A DNA stretch of 64,000 bases from Bacilli bacterium (GTDB taxonomy: Bacteria > Bacillota_I > Bacilli_A > RFN20 > CAG-826): assembly GCA_017445245.1 (NCBI GenBank), contig JAFSUM010000010.1:1008-65007 (forward strand). The letters are read 5' to 3'. The notes beneath the pieces were generated by a model, which worked only from the letters and a program-made list of their open reading frames with translations, did no database searches and was not told the origin of the DNA. Positions 1-10,306 of this stretch are shown one piece after another (the first letter of the stretch is position 1; each line of letters begins with the position of its first letter). Both the position numbers and the translations under genes were made by a program.

Positions 1-978
1 TCGACGCCCCAAAAGATTTCTCATTTTTCTTTTCGCCCTAAACCGAGTCCGAATCCGAAGCAAAGATAAGGGGCCGAGCATAACCTTTTTTGTTTCTTCG
101 CTGCAACTTTCAAGCATTTCTCTATAAAAGGGCATGGATTTCAACAGCGCAATTCTTCGACGAGCCTCGGTCAGCGTTTTGCAATAAAGGGCGGCGAGAT
201 GAACATAGGAATCCACCAACTGGCCAACAATACTGGAGGATCGCATCAAATAATACGGAGGGCATACGGTTAGATGCTGGTTAAAAATGAATATATCTTG
301 AATAACACGGCAGTAATCTTCAAGGTGATTCGTGGCGTTTTCCGGGGCAGTTGATTGTGTAGCGTTGCCAACCACAACCACATACGTACTAAAAGGTAGA
401 TAATAAGCAGTTTTAGCGAAGGCTAGTGGAAACAAATTATATTGCATATCTTCGTAATAAACATGTTCGGTAAGCTTAATGTTATGTGTTTTCCACATTT
501 CGGTTTTGTATGTTGTTGCAGCCAAGGATGGGGCAACCTCATGCATATCAATTGGGCCTTGTTTCAAATAATTAGCTCCCAGCGGACGAGGATGTGATCC
601 AAGCTCTGAAATACTGGTTTGATCTATAATAATATCGGCATCAATTTCTTTTAATGCACGTGCAAAACTGCATAGTTCAGATGAAATGATGTAGTCATCT
701 CCGTCAACGATTCGAAAATACTTAGTTTGAATGACTTCGTCTAAAGCATAATTAATGACGCTTCCGTGGCCGCCGTTTGTTTTTTTGTGGTATGAACAAT
801 ACTTTGAATGCCTTGCCGCAAAATCCTGTAGTAACACACCGGTATCATCGGGCGAGCCATCGTCAATGAATGCAACACGCACAAGCCCCGACAAGACCGC
901 CTTCGCATACTGTGGCAAAGTATAATTTAAGAACTTCGCAGTTTTATAGGAAGGGACAACGATAGTGAGTATTGGCAT
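1..978 (-). CDS. GT2 glycosyltransferase, runs off the left edge (absent from ORF track)
   Basis: Own translation from ATG at 978: MPILTIVVPSYKTAKFLNYTLPQY...VAFIDDGSPDDTG, the GT2 N-terminal signature; frame is open at the window edge; start overlaps the glf stop. Confidence 0.85.
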   Translation of the reverse strand, partial: MPILTIVVPSYKTAKFLNYTLPQYAKAVLSGLVRVAFIDDGSPDDTGVLLQDFAARHSKYCSYHKKTNGGHGSVINYALDEVIQTKYFRIVDGDDYIISSELCSFARALKEIDADIIIDQTSISELGSHPRPLGANYLKQGPIDMHEVAPSLAATTYKTEMWKTHNIKLTEHVYYEDMQYNLFPLAFAKTAYYLPFSTYVVVVGNATQSTAPENATNHLEDYCRVIQDIFIFNQHLTVCPPYYLMRSSSIVGQLVDSYVHLAALYCKTLTEARRRIALLKSMPFYREMLESCSEETKKVMLGPLSLLRIRTRFRAKRKMRNLLGRR

Positions 979-2084
979 CATAAAAGCCCCTCGCATAAGT
1001 CTAAAGCCGATATGATCGTGTCCTGCATATCAAAATATCTATATGAGCCTAAACGTCCGCCAAAACAAACATTCGGCTCAAGGGAAGCAAGTTCAAGATA
1101 TTTAGAAAGCAAGGACATGTTCGTTTCGTCGTTTATGGGATAAAATGGGTAGTCGCCTTTCTTCCATACCATTGGGTATTCATAGGAAACAATAGTCTTG
1201 TCGGTTGTCGCGTTTTCAAAAAACTTGTGCTCAATAGTGCGGGTATACGGGACCTCTTTGTCACTCCAATTAATGACTGCGTTGCCCTGAAAATTTGAAC
1301 AATCGTATTCACGTTCAACAAACTTTAACCCCCTGTATTCCAAAGCGCCAAATCGATAGCCGAAGTATTCATCGATGGGACCGGTGAAGATAATCTTTCG
1401 GGCTCTGCGAGACCACTTTTCTTTATTATGAAGATAATCGGTATCCAGGATTACATCGCAGCCTTCAAGCATACGAGCCATCATAAGAGAATAGCCGCCA
1501 ATCGGGATTCCCTGAAATCTGGCGTTGTAATAGTTGTTGTCAAACGTAAATCGAATTGGTATACGACGCATTAAATCAGGAGGAAGACTGTGGCACGGCT
1601 TCCCCCATTGTTTTTCCGTATACTCCTTAATTAACGAGTGATACAACGTGCCCCCAACAAGAGAAAGTGCCTGTTCTTCAAGATTGCGCGGTTCGCGATC
1701 CAGCCTTAGTCTCTCGGATGCTATCAACTCTTGGGCTTGAGCCGGGGTTAGAACCTTTCCTTGGAATACCTGACAAAAGGTATTCATATTAAATGGTAGG
1801 TTATAAGCGCGCCCATGCGAAATGGCGATGACTTGGTTTATATAGTGATTGAAAACGGAAAACCTGTTGACATAAGAGAATACTTCCTCACGATCCGTTC
1901 TAAAGATGTGAGCGCCGAAACGATGAACATTGATACCATCAACCTTTTTCGTTGCGCATGCCCCCCCAATAAAGCCGTTCTTATCTATAACCAGCACGCT
2001 GTGCCCGGCGTTTTTTAGTCGTTCGGCACAAGTGCAGCCGAAAAGTCCAGCGCCAACAATTAGATAATCGTAAATTTGTACCAT
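978..2084 (-). CDS. glf: UDP-galactopyranose mutase
   Basis: YDYLIVGAGLFG FAD motif, HRFGAHIF, YTEKQWG, GRLGSYRYFDM; start trimmed to ATG 2084. Confidence 0.95.
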   Translation of the reverse strand: MVQIYDYLIVGAGLFGCTCAERLKNAGHSVLVIDKNGFIGGACATKKVDGINVHRFGAHIFRTDREEVFSYVNRFSVFNHYINQVIAISHGRAYNLPFNMNTFCQVFQGKVLTPAQAQELIASERLRLDREPRNLEEQALSLVGGTLYHSLIKEYTEKQWGKPCHSLPPDLMRRIPIRFTFDNNYYNARFQGIPIGGYSLMMARMLEGCDVILDTDYLHNKEKWSRRARKIIFTGPIDEYFGYRFGALEYRGLKFVEREYDCSNFQGNAVINWSDKEVPYTRTIEHKFFENATTDKTIVSYEYPMVWKKGDYPFYPINDETNMSLLSKYLELASLEPNVCFGGRLGSYRYFDMQDTIISALDLCEGLL

Positions 2085-2228
2085 AAGTGTTTCACGTTTA
2101 TTGAGGGCTTCCCGTTGGAACCTTTTCAAGATTATACAGCAGGTCGTCCACATAGAGTCTAGTGCAGTTATTATGCTTTTTGGGGAGGCCAAAGATTCTT
2201 CTGATAACAAATAGGAAGCGTCGTCAGT

Positions 2229-3212
2229 TTATATCAATGCCGGAGCAATACGCGGATGTTTAGTCATTTCGCACATGATTTGTATCGCAGATCTAGTCAA
2301 AGGCAGTTTATCAAGGCAAGCTGCGCCCAAAAAGGGGGCGACCCTATAAGCTATTTCAGCTTTGTATGTCGAATGAGAAATCTTGGCAGTATTCATAAGC
2401 CAGTCAAAACGAGCTAGGAAAAACAAACTAAGGTATCTGTCTAAAAGCTTGAGCGAAGTAGTGTTACCCCCTAAAAAAAACGAGTCGAACACATCAGAGG
2501 CGTTCTGAACTAAGTAATTGAGGTTTGCTATATTTTCATCAAAAGAGGAGGTGGTGTTTTTTGGGGACAGCACTATGGAAAAAGCATCAAAGAACAGCGG
2601 CCAAACACCGATCATATCGTAATCGATGAAGGCAAAATCCTCTCGGTTTCTGCGCAAAACATTTTCGCAATGAAGATCGCCATGCTGCGGAACTGCCCAA
2701 TATTCATCAATGCCAATTTTCCTTGCGACAGAACGACTTGATGTAGTTTTTCTAGTCGAGCAGGATTGAAAAGCCCTCTTTGCTATGTTTTTGCAATACG
2801 AGAACAAATGCATTCGCCAATCGTTATCGTAGCCAGGTTCTCCAATAGCCCGCTCAACGACAAGCATTCTTTTATCCGACCGGATTTCGATAATTTTCGG
2901 GAAAGGATAGCTAAGCATTTGTAGATGCGAGACCATCAATTGGAATTCTTTATGGTTTAGGTTAGAAAACAAAAAACAGAAAGCGGTAGGATTTGAGAAA
3001 ATAGCTTTGCCGAAACTTCCAAAGCGAATGGCAACAAATGAAAATCCGCTATGATTTCTAGACCTAAATACTGTGGGCTGTTCTGCTCGCGAAAAGCACC
3101 GATTGGCCAAGGAATAGTAACCGGGCATCAAATATTGGGCCACTGAGTGAAATCGTAAAACAGGGATAGCTATATTTGCCACAAAGTTTTTTAGACTAAC
3201 CACAACGTTCAT
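2229..3212 (-). CDS. APH/choline-kinase-like phosphotransferase
   Basis: HGDLHCENVL...FIDYD catalytic and metal-binding motifs. Confidence 0.6.
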   Translation of the reverse strand: MNVVVSLKNFVANIAIPVLRFHSVAQYLMPGYYSLANRCFSRAEQPTVFRSRNHSGFSFVAIRFGSFGKAIFSNPTAFCFLFSNLNHKEFQLMVSHLQMLSYPFPKIIEIRSDKRMLVVERAIGEPGYDNDWRMHLFSYCKNIAKRAFQSCSTRKTTSSRSVARKIGIDEYWAVPQHGDLHCENVLRRNREDFAFIDYDMIGVWPLFFDAFSIVLSPKNTTSSFDENIANLNYLVQNASDVFDSFFLGGNTTSLKLLDRYLSLFFLARFDWLMNTAKISHSTYKAEIAYRVAPFLGAACLDKLPLTRSAIQIMCEMTKHPRIAPALI

Positions 3213-3350
3213 TGAAGCGAATTGGCAGGTGAATGCTTTTTGCTTTTGTTAAAGCGGCTATTATTTTATCATCAATGTGGAAAGGCAAAAAGTGGCTCAC
3301 CAGCATCAATAAGGCGCCACTCTTCCGACATAAATGATAGGAACCCTCTC

Positions 3351-4085
3351 ATGAGCTTAATCCGCGCCATAGGCAGAAAGGTCAAAGGTGCAATCAAAAA
3401 CCGGAATTACCGGAAGTGGGTTTTTCGTTTTAATCAAACTCATAGCACCCGCGTTTCTGCGGATGCCAAAATAGATGAAAATACAGAATTGGAAAAACAT
3501 GTTCGGTTGGATCCGGGCTGCGATTTTCGCGGATCGATTGTGGGCCGCCACACTTACGCAGGGAACGGTTCAAAACTCCCAAACAGCGTTGTTGGCCGCT
3601 TTACTTCTATTGCGGATGGGTGCCGGCTCATAATGTTCACTCACCCCATTCATTTTGTATCAACTTGGCCAGGGTTTTTCCACACAATTAACTCGCCGGA
3701 TATCATAAAGCATTTCAATGACTCCACCCCGTTTTTTGAATACCTACATTGTCAGGATGGAAGATCTGTCCATATTGGGAATGATGTTTGGATTGGCCAA
3801 AACGTCACGATAAAGAACGGGGTAACAATCGGGGATGGCGCGGTTATTGGCGCTAATGCACTCGTTACAAAAGATGTTCCACCATATGCAATTGTCGGCG
3901 GTGTCCCTGCGAAGATTATTCGATACCGTTTCTCTCCAGAAGAAATACAATTCCTTCTATCTGTTCGTTGGTGGGAGTGGGATGATCAAACAATCGAGTT
4001 GTATTCACCTTGTTTTCAATCCTTGGCGAAATTCCATGAGAAACTTGACTTAGAAGCAGCCGCGATCAATCAGAACAAAATTTAG
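3351..4085 (+). CDS. Hexapeptide-repeat (CatB/Vat-like) O-acetyltransferase
   Basis: IGNDVWIGQNVTIKNGVTIGDGAVIGANALVTKDVPPYAIVGGVPAKIIRYRF, WWEW; start ATG 3351 inferred. Confidence 0.9.
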   Translation: MSLIRAIGRKVKGAIKNRNYRKWVFRFNQTHSTRVSADAKIDENTELEKHVRLDPGCDFRGSIVGRHTYAGNGSKLPNSVVGRFTSIADGCRLIMFTHPIHFVSTWPGFFHTINSPDIIKHFNDSTPFFEYLHCQDGRSVHIGNDVWIGQNVTIKNGVTIGDGAVIGANALVTKDVPPYAIVGGVPAKIIRYRFSPEEIQFLLSVRWWEWDDQTIELYSPCFQSLAKFHEKLDLEAAAINQNKI

Positions 4086-4099
4086 GGTTTTGGATAATT

Positions 4100-5125
4100 A
4101 TGGGCAAGGCAACGGCAGTCGAAATAGCGGAAACGGTTTCTACCCCCTTCTTCTCGATAATTGTTCCTTTTTTTAGGGCCATAGACTTTATCGCCCTCTT
4201 TCTTGCTTCGTTGTATGTGCCGGAGGCGATTGGACTATTTGAACTCATAATTGTAACAGATTATGATGACCCGGCTACAAAGGCTAAATTGAAAGAACTT
4301 GCATCGCAATACTGCCCCGTTCCGATCCTCTGCGATAATAGAATGACCAAAGGACCATTTGGCGCTCGAGTTACCGGGCAAAGCATTGCACGCGGCAAAT
4401 ATTGGTTGTTCGCAGACGCCGATGATATTGTCTATGGGAATACATTGCCCCAATTAATGGAGTTTCTTCTCAAGTCCGAAAGTGACGTTGCGTTCTTCAA
4501 TGTTGTGTTTGGTTCTGGTGAGCCATACAAGCCCTTCAGTGGACATTGTGTGGATTCCCAACAAGCCATATTCAAACTATTAACAGATTGCGTCCACGCT
4601 GCATTATGGAATAAATGCATAAAAAGCTCTTCGCAAGCAGGCTTTAATTATGCATGCACGGAAGGCCTTAATGGCATACAATTCGGTGAAGATTTCTACC
4701 ATTGTTTTCTGTTATATCAATCCGCGCGCACATTTACGCATTCTGACTTAGTCGTCTATAAGCACATCGATAACCCAAACGGTTGCTCACATTCCACGCA
4801 CATCACCGCAGAAGGAAACAAGTTAGCACTAGATCTTTATTATCGGGCGTTTGTAGAAACGGAACATATGCTTTCGATGGAAGCAAGACGACGAGCGTCA
4901 TATTTGAAGTTATCATCAATAGTGGAAATGCTGCCTCAGTATGGCCGATACCCATATTTGGAATATCGCCAATTGTTGAAAACCACTCTCAGCAATCCCT
5001 TATACGGATATTTAAAAGCGAACTCTGCGGAAAAGTTACCGACTAAAACGCGGATTAAATCCGTTCTCGCTCGCGCGAAGCCGGTTCTTCTCTCATGGCT
5101 GCTTTTTCGCCTCTTGTCTCGATAA
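4100..5125 (+). CDS. GT2 glycosyltransferase
   Basis: FSIIVPFF, ARGKYWLFADADD, LWNK, GED motifs. Confidence 0.85.
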   Translation: MGKATAVEIAETVSTPFFSIIVPFFRAIDFIALFLASLYVPEAIGLFELIIVTDYDDPATKAKLKELASQYCPVPILCDNRMTKGPFGARVTGQSIARGKYWLFADADDIVYGNTLPQLMEFLLKSESDVAFFNVVFGSGEPYKPFSGHCVDSQQAIFKLLTDCVHAALWNKCIKSSSQAGFNYACTEGLNGIQFGEDFYHCFLLYQSARTFTHSDLVVYKHIDNPNGCSHSTHITAEGNKLALDLYYRAFVETEHMLSMEARRRASYLKLSSIVEMLPQYGRYPYLEYRQLLKTTLSNPLYGYLKANSAEKLPTKTRIKSVLARAKPVLLSWLLFRLLSR

Positions 5126-5208
5126 CCTGTGTGTTGTGCTTGTTCAGCAATACCCCAAGAATCAACGGTTTCGACACAACTCGCTCTTCCCATTTTGCTG
5201 ATTGGGAA

Positions 5209-6369
5209 TCACCGAATGAGGCTACGCAGTTTTTGGTAGACTCGAGTGATGCTCTTATGCCGAGCCACAAACAAAAGCATTGCGTAGTAATACCTTCGCA
5301 TATAAAACCAGCCAGGCAAGCGATTGGTGTGAAGGAAACTCAAAAAATCGGCGCGCTCCGAGACCATCTCTTTCCAATTGGCACGCCCACTTAAAATACG
5401 CGCATTCCATTGTGATAATGGAAGGGCAAGTTTGAGATAATTCGAATAAAGCGACACTTGCTGAGGTGTGAGGTTTATTTTATGAAGATACATATTCAAA
5501 AACAAACCCTTTTGAGAGCGGTCGAAAACAAAAGAGTTGGAGACAGATTTAGGGTCAAACATAATGTGGACAAAACATTTTTTGTGGTAAAAAGATAAGG
5601 TACGTGACGCCAAAAGCGATGCAACTATCTGTGCGTCATAAAAGGAACCTTTATGAATATCGGGGCCAAAAAACAAGCAACGAGGGTTAATTTTATGAAA
5701 CGTCTCTTTGGCCACCACCATCACGTGATAAGTGAATTGCCCAAAACCCATAGCCGGAAGTTGCTCCTTCGCCTTAAGATAACGCTTCATTAAAGAATGA
5801 TAGGCATCTTTACCTAACGGTGTGAAAGATTGGGCGTCAAATAAAGCCGAGTTAAATCGGAACCACCCACATTCAGGATGTTTTTTTGCGTTTCTGTAAA
5901 AAGCGGCAACGAACTTAGCATCCAGCCAATCGCCGGCGTCCAGCCAACAAAAGTGGCTGCAATCTTGAGGAAGATGCGAGAAACAGTGCGCGTGAGCCAA
6001 ATCACAGCCTAAGTTCTTGTTTCCCTGGACAAAAACAATTCTAGGCCAATCGTTATGCACACTAGCCGTTTTTGCTCTGTATTCAGATATTATGTCATCA
6101 TAAGATAGCCCATCACCATCAATGTAAATAACGTGGATAAACCGCATTTCCGTTTGTAAAGCCATTTTATTCAGCGTTAATTTGAGAGCGCCCTTTGCTT
6201 TATAGACAGTCGTAACAACGCATAGGAGGGGCTCAAACGGAGCACTGGACCGGAACACACGGCGAAATGGAGAGCAAGATGGCCTTTCGGATTTCGAATC
6301 TAGCATGATTTTGTTACTCGTCATATCAGGAAACGTTATCTCGCTTTCTCTTCGTGAGTCGTAGCGCAC
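5209..6369 (-). CDS. GT-A fold (GT2-like) glycosyltransferase
   Basis: LCVVTTVYK, IYIDGDG, NLG, FCWLDAGDW; start uncertain. Confidence 0.65.
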   Translation of the reverse strand: MRYDSRRESEITFPDMTSNKIMLDSKSERPSCSPFRRVFRSSAPFEPLLCVVTTVYKAKGALKLTLNKMALQTEMRFIHVIYIDGDGLSYDDIISEYRAKTASVHNDWPRIVFVQGNKNLGCDLAHAHCFSHLPQDCSHFCWLDAGDWLDAKFVAAFYRNAKKHPECGWFRFNSALFDAQSFTPLGKDAYHSLMKRYLKAKEQLPAMGFGQFTYHVMVVAKETFHKINPRCLFFGPDIHKGSFYDAQIVASLLASRTLSFYHKKCFVHIMFDPKSVSNSFVFDRSQKGLFLNMYLHKINLTPQQVSLYSNYLKLALPLSQWNARILSGRANWKEMVSERADFLSFLHTNRLPGWFYMRRYYYAMLLFVARHKSITRVYQKLRSLIR

Positions 6370-7042
6370 ATGGAAGCAATATCGTTCTAAAAAACGGGGA
6401 CGTGCTACAAATGTACCGGGCGGAGCTGCCGCTCGTGTATTTTTTGCAAATTCTCAGCCAAGCCCACATATCACCTCTTTTTGAGGGCACAGAAAAACGC
6501 TTCACCGATTCTAATAAGATCTTACGATCATTTGGAAGATATGACCTGCACTCCCGGACATAACGCTTTTCCACTATAAACACTAGTCTAAAATCGCCAC
6601 TAACGCATTTGCACAATTGGTCGAAAAGTGAGTTGAAATAACCATTAGACATCCAACAATAAGGTATTTTTTGAACAAAAACAATTCTGGCAGACGAATC
6701 AGAGAAGAGTTGTTTCGTTTTTTCCAATAGATGAAGCAGTCTGCCTCTAAAGTCAGTCATATCGTCTTTCCGAACGACAATAGGCCAGGAATCCTGATTT
6801 TTTAGATGGAACGCGATACCATGTTGGTAATTTACGAGCATGCCCCGTTTATATGGGAAAAAATCAGCCTCAGTTATAGAATTTAAGGAGCCCAATAGGT
6901 TTACAAAGCCAAATGGATTCAAGACCGCAGCGTAGGAAAACAGAAAAGATTCAACTCGCTTGGAAAAATGGCGGAAACGAAAATCGACTTCGCAATCGCA
7001 CCCCAAAGAAACCACGCACCAATCTCTATATTCTTTGTCCAC
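6326..7042 (-). CDS. DUF1796-like (putative papain-like) protein
   Basis: N-terminal VVSLGCDC motif and F-H segment typical of the family; found in glycan loci. Confidence 0.5.
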   Translation of the reverse strand: MDKEYRDWCVVSLGCDCEVDFRFRHFSKRVESFLFSYAAVLNPFGFVNLLGSLNSITEADFFPYKRGMLVNYQHGIAFHLKNQDSWPIVVRKDDMTDFRGRLLHLLEKTKQLFSDSSARIVFVQKIPYCWMSNGYFNSLFDQLCKCVSGDFRLVFIVEKRYVRECRSYLPNDRKILLESVKRFSVPSKRGDMWAWLRICKKYTSGSSARYICSTSPFFRTILLPCALRLTKRKRDNVS

Positions 7043-7046
7043 AAAT

Positions 7047-7973
7047 TCACTCCCCCCTGATAATAGAAATTGCTTTCCTTTGACAATGTGCCAAAAAATG
7101 AAATGGCTTGAAAATATACCAAACGCAAAACCGCCAAGCCCAAGGAATGGTGCCCGTCTCGTGTCGAAAATACTTCATATAAACTTTGAAAAGCGGATTA
7201 GTGTATTTCGCGTACATCCATGGTTTTATAGCCACGACATAATGCAAGACCTTAACCTCGCGCTTAATCCACTTGAGTTCGCCTTTTCTCAGCCGCATGT
7301 TATTGGGAATCGTGCAGTTCAATCTGCGGTCAATGACGTTTAACGTTTTGACCTCAAACGCCAAATTCAGAATATCTTGATCAGCAAATACTATTTGTTC
7401 TTTGTGCTTCTTAACAATTTCGGCATAAAAATCCGAATTCAAAGATCTGAACTTATCAACATCAAGAAGCAAGACACCCGAATTAAAGTAAGTAGTTTCG
7501 GGTTTAAGAGGTATCTTGAGAAGGTCATACACCCCTGCTTCTTGGTCCCAATATGGGCCACCGTCTTGACCATCCCGGCGCACGGAGGGAGCGGCTAAGA
7601 AACTGTCTTTCAGGTCTAAATCATAAAACTCTTGTAAGGAACCGTTAACCGTAAGGTCGCTGTCCAAATACAGCAGACGATGTACGTCATCCGGAACCGC
7701 CAATTGAGGAAGCAACCTGTTAATGCTTTGGCTATAGTAACGCGGCAAGGAACGGAACAACTCATCCCCAAATGCGCCTTCGCCGATGTCCACAAGATTA
7801 ATCTCGCACTTAAACCTCGAGAGCCTTTTTTGGATGAGAGAGACGCTCTTATCGCTTAAGCCATCGTGCATTACGAAAAAACGATGACCCCCCTCATTGT
7901 TATAGCAAAAGGAAAAAGCCGTGCTTATAAAACCCGGTACAAACGTTTCATTTATCGCAAATAAAACATTCAT
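7047..7973 (-). CDS. GT8 glycosyltransferase
   Basis: RLLYLDSD, YFNSGVLLLD, DQDILN, HY..KPW. Confidence 0.92.
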   Translation of the reverse strand: MNVLFAINETFVPGFISTAFSFCYNNEGGHRFFVMHDGLSDKSVSLIQKRLSRFKCEINLVDIGEGAFGDELFRSLPRYYSQSINRLLPQLAVPDDVHRLLYLDSDLTVNGSLQEFYDLDLKDSFLAAPSVRRDGQDGGPYWDQEAGVYDLLKIPLKPETTYFNSGVLLLDVDKFRSLNSDFYAEIVKKHKEQIVFADQDILNLAFEVKTLNVIDRRLNCTIPNNMRLRKGELKWIKREVKVLHYVVAIKPWMYAKYTNPLFKVYMKYFRHETGTIPWAWRFCVWYIFKPFHFLAHCQRKAISIIRGE

Positions 7974-8121
7974 CCAAATTATTATCGGGTCGCGCAAAGC
8001 CCAAGTAAAGGAGTTGACTTGCAGGTCATTATCACGAAAACACGATTAAGCCGAAATGAGCCGTGCCGATTCCCAGCTAAAATCCGGCTTTTTTCGTCTT
8101 GGAAAGGACATCCCCTATTAT

Positions 8122-8751
8122 TTTGATGATCCGGTATTTACGACATTGCCTCAATTCTATCGTCAATCTATTCATCGCCTTCTCCCTTTTCTGTGATGAA
8201 GAAAGGATTCTCTACCTCGATTGCGATACGCTTGTGAGGGGGGGAGAAACGGGAGTCCATATTTGACGGATCCGGTGCCTTACGAAATGATTCGGATTCC
8301 TTTGGATTCACGGTCAAGGTATTTAAATTCAGGCGTGGTTTTGTTTAATATAAACAAAATGCGTCAAACCGGGGTGGAAACCTTGATGAAAGCATATGTC
8401 AACTGCTCACGAAATCACAAAGGTCACATTCGATGTTCGGATCAGGATATCCTTAATCTTGTTTATGAAAAGGACCAGGCCTCCGTTGTTGACCAAAGGT
8501 TTAACGGAATAATTCCCGACACTCGAACCTTTCGCAAAGGCGAATACCGTTGGATCAAAGATAATTCTCGCATTCTTCATTTCACCGACAAACGCAAACC
8601 ATGGAATTCGGCCAATTATTCCAACCGAGCTTTCCTCTTGTATAGCCCATATTATATGGGCAGAGTGCGACGCCTAGCTCGTTTAATCCTTTTTCGATTT
8701 GCCGCCATTGGCCGTACTATTATTTTGGATACAGCCTCGGAGGTGCTATAG
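8122..8751 (+). pseudogene. Degenerate GT8 paralog of the neighbouring gene
   Basis: Three fragments in two frames: FDDPVFTTLPQFYRQSIHRLLPFL* (8122-8196), DEERILYLDCDTLVRG (8195-8242), then GSPY...YLNSGVVLFN...DQDILN...HF..KPW to 8751; no recognisable N-terminus. Confidence 0.8.
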
Positions 8752-9074
8752 CAAAGGTTTTTCGTTTGCCAAAAAGTTTGACAAAAAGACATTCCACTAA
8801 CCAGCATAAGACATGAACTTTAGCTATATATATTTTAGAGTGGCTTTGTTTTCATTGTGGGCTAGAATCAAAAGTCCACTTTCCACCTAATTTGTTTTGC
8901 CGTTCAAAACTATGTTTTGAAATCCATCTTTGCTCAAACTCGAATAATATAACCCGACGAATCGAAATATAGTAAACGAAGGTATATACATTTTATAGAT
9001 GGGCGCTGTTCTACAAATGCGGAACAGTTGAAAAGAGAAGTCGCGATAACGTCTACCTTGGTTTGGACTCGCAT

Positions 9075-10214
9075 TCAGCCCTGTGTCTTACATGACAAAA
9101 CCAGTTCGCAATAATCGATTGCGGTTTCCGCGACGTCACGACCAGCGTCAATCACACATTTATAAGCAATGTTGCGTTGGTTATCCTCGAAACTCTTCAT
9201 GGCTTCTTCGGCCCATTCGGTAGGGCCTAGATCAAGTGAGAGGAACCGGAAATCGTCTCTCAGTTTGACCTCGGGCGGAATGGTGCCTTTAGTAGCTAAA
9301 CACGGCAAACCTGAGCATTGCGCTTCGATCAAAACCATGCCGAGTCCTTCGAACTTCGAGGGGAACAAAAAGCAATCAATTCCAGAGTAAAACCGACCGA
9401 TGTCATCAATTTTGGAAATCAGAACACATTTGGAACCCAGACCAATCTCTTTGATTGTCTCTTTTATTTTTGTTTCGAGAGGGCCCCTGCCCAATAGTAC
9501 AAAGCGAGCACCATCATCACGCAGTGCTATCTCGCGAAAAACGTTCAGTAGGAAGAGCTGGTTTTTTTGTGGATCCAAACGGCCGGCAGAGCCATACACT
9601 CGGTTCTCTGTACCAAATCCAAATTCTCGGCGGAAAGCACTTCGTTTATTTAGTTCAAACCGCATGGCCTCTATTGGAACCCCGTTTTTGATGATGGTAG
9701 TCTTTTTGCAATCCTTCGAACGGAACCCCCATTTTGCCGCCAACGTCGAACACGCCAAAAATTGATCAACATATTTATGGCAATGACGTTTATTCCAAGC
9801 AATAGCCGCACGAGCAAGTTTGGATGGCTGTATTCCATAATTTGCATTATGCAAATGTATGATCGTTTTTGGCACGCCATACTTCTTTGCGTATTTGGCC
9901 ATGGCGATTTGATCTAAACATTGAACGTTGCAAACCACAACATCAAATTCATGCGCATGCTCCTCATAAAACGTCTTGATACCTCGGAGATATTTCAGGT
10001 AGCCTTCCCTTCTTTTGAGTTTCAACGGAAGGATTCGCGCGCCCATCGATTCTAGCCATTCCTGTTTGGCAATGGGTTCATCGTAGACGTTCAAAAAATC
10101 AAACTGAATCTTGGTCCTGTCAATATTTCTATAAATCTCATAAATTATCGATTCAGTCCCACCATAATTGGTCGACATACCCACTTGAAGTACTCTTGAT
10201 ATTTTATTGTGCAT
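9075..10214 (-). CDS. GT4 glycosyltransferase (EpsF-like)
   Basis: GGTES, GRLDPQKN, FPSKFEGLGMVLIEAQCSGLP. Confidence 0.92.
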   Translation of the reverse strand: MHNKISRVLQVGMSTNYGGTESIIYEIYRNIDRTKIQFDFLNVYDEPIAKQEWLESMGARILPLKLKRREGYLKYLRGIKTFYEEHAHEFDVVVCNVQCLDQIAMAKYAKKYGVPKTIIHLHNANYGIQPSKLARAAIAWNKRHCHKYVDQFLACSTLAAKWGFRSKDCKKTTIIKNGVPIEAMRFELNKRSAFRREFGFGTENRVYGSAGRLDPQKNQLFLLNVFREIALRDDGARFVLLGRGPLETKIKETIKEIGLGSKCVLISKIDDIGRFYSGIDCFLFPSKFEGLGMVLIEAQCSGLPCLATKGTIPPEVKLRDDFRFLSLDLGPTEWAEEAMKSFEDNQRNIAYKCVIDAGRDVAETAIDYCELVLSCKTQG

Positions 10215-10306
10215 ATTTCTTCCTCATGAAAAGATGATCTTTCGAGTCGTTATTTTGCTTTCAAACGAATGAATAGATCAACCGGGCATAACTAGGCGAC
10301 TTTGAA

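Noticed and set aside
3351-4085. Antibiotic resistance gene (catB/vat)
   Set aside because: The fold is shared with polysaccharide O-acetyltransferases and the context is a glycan locus
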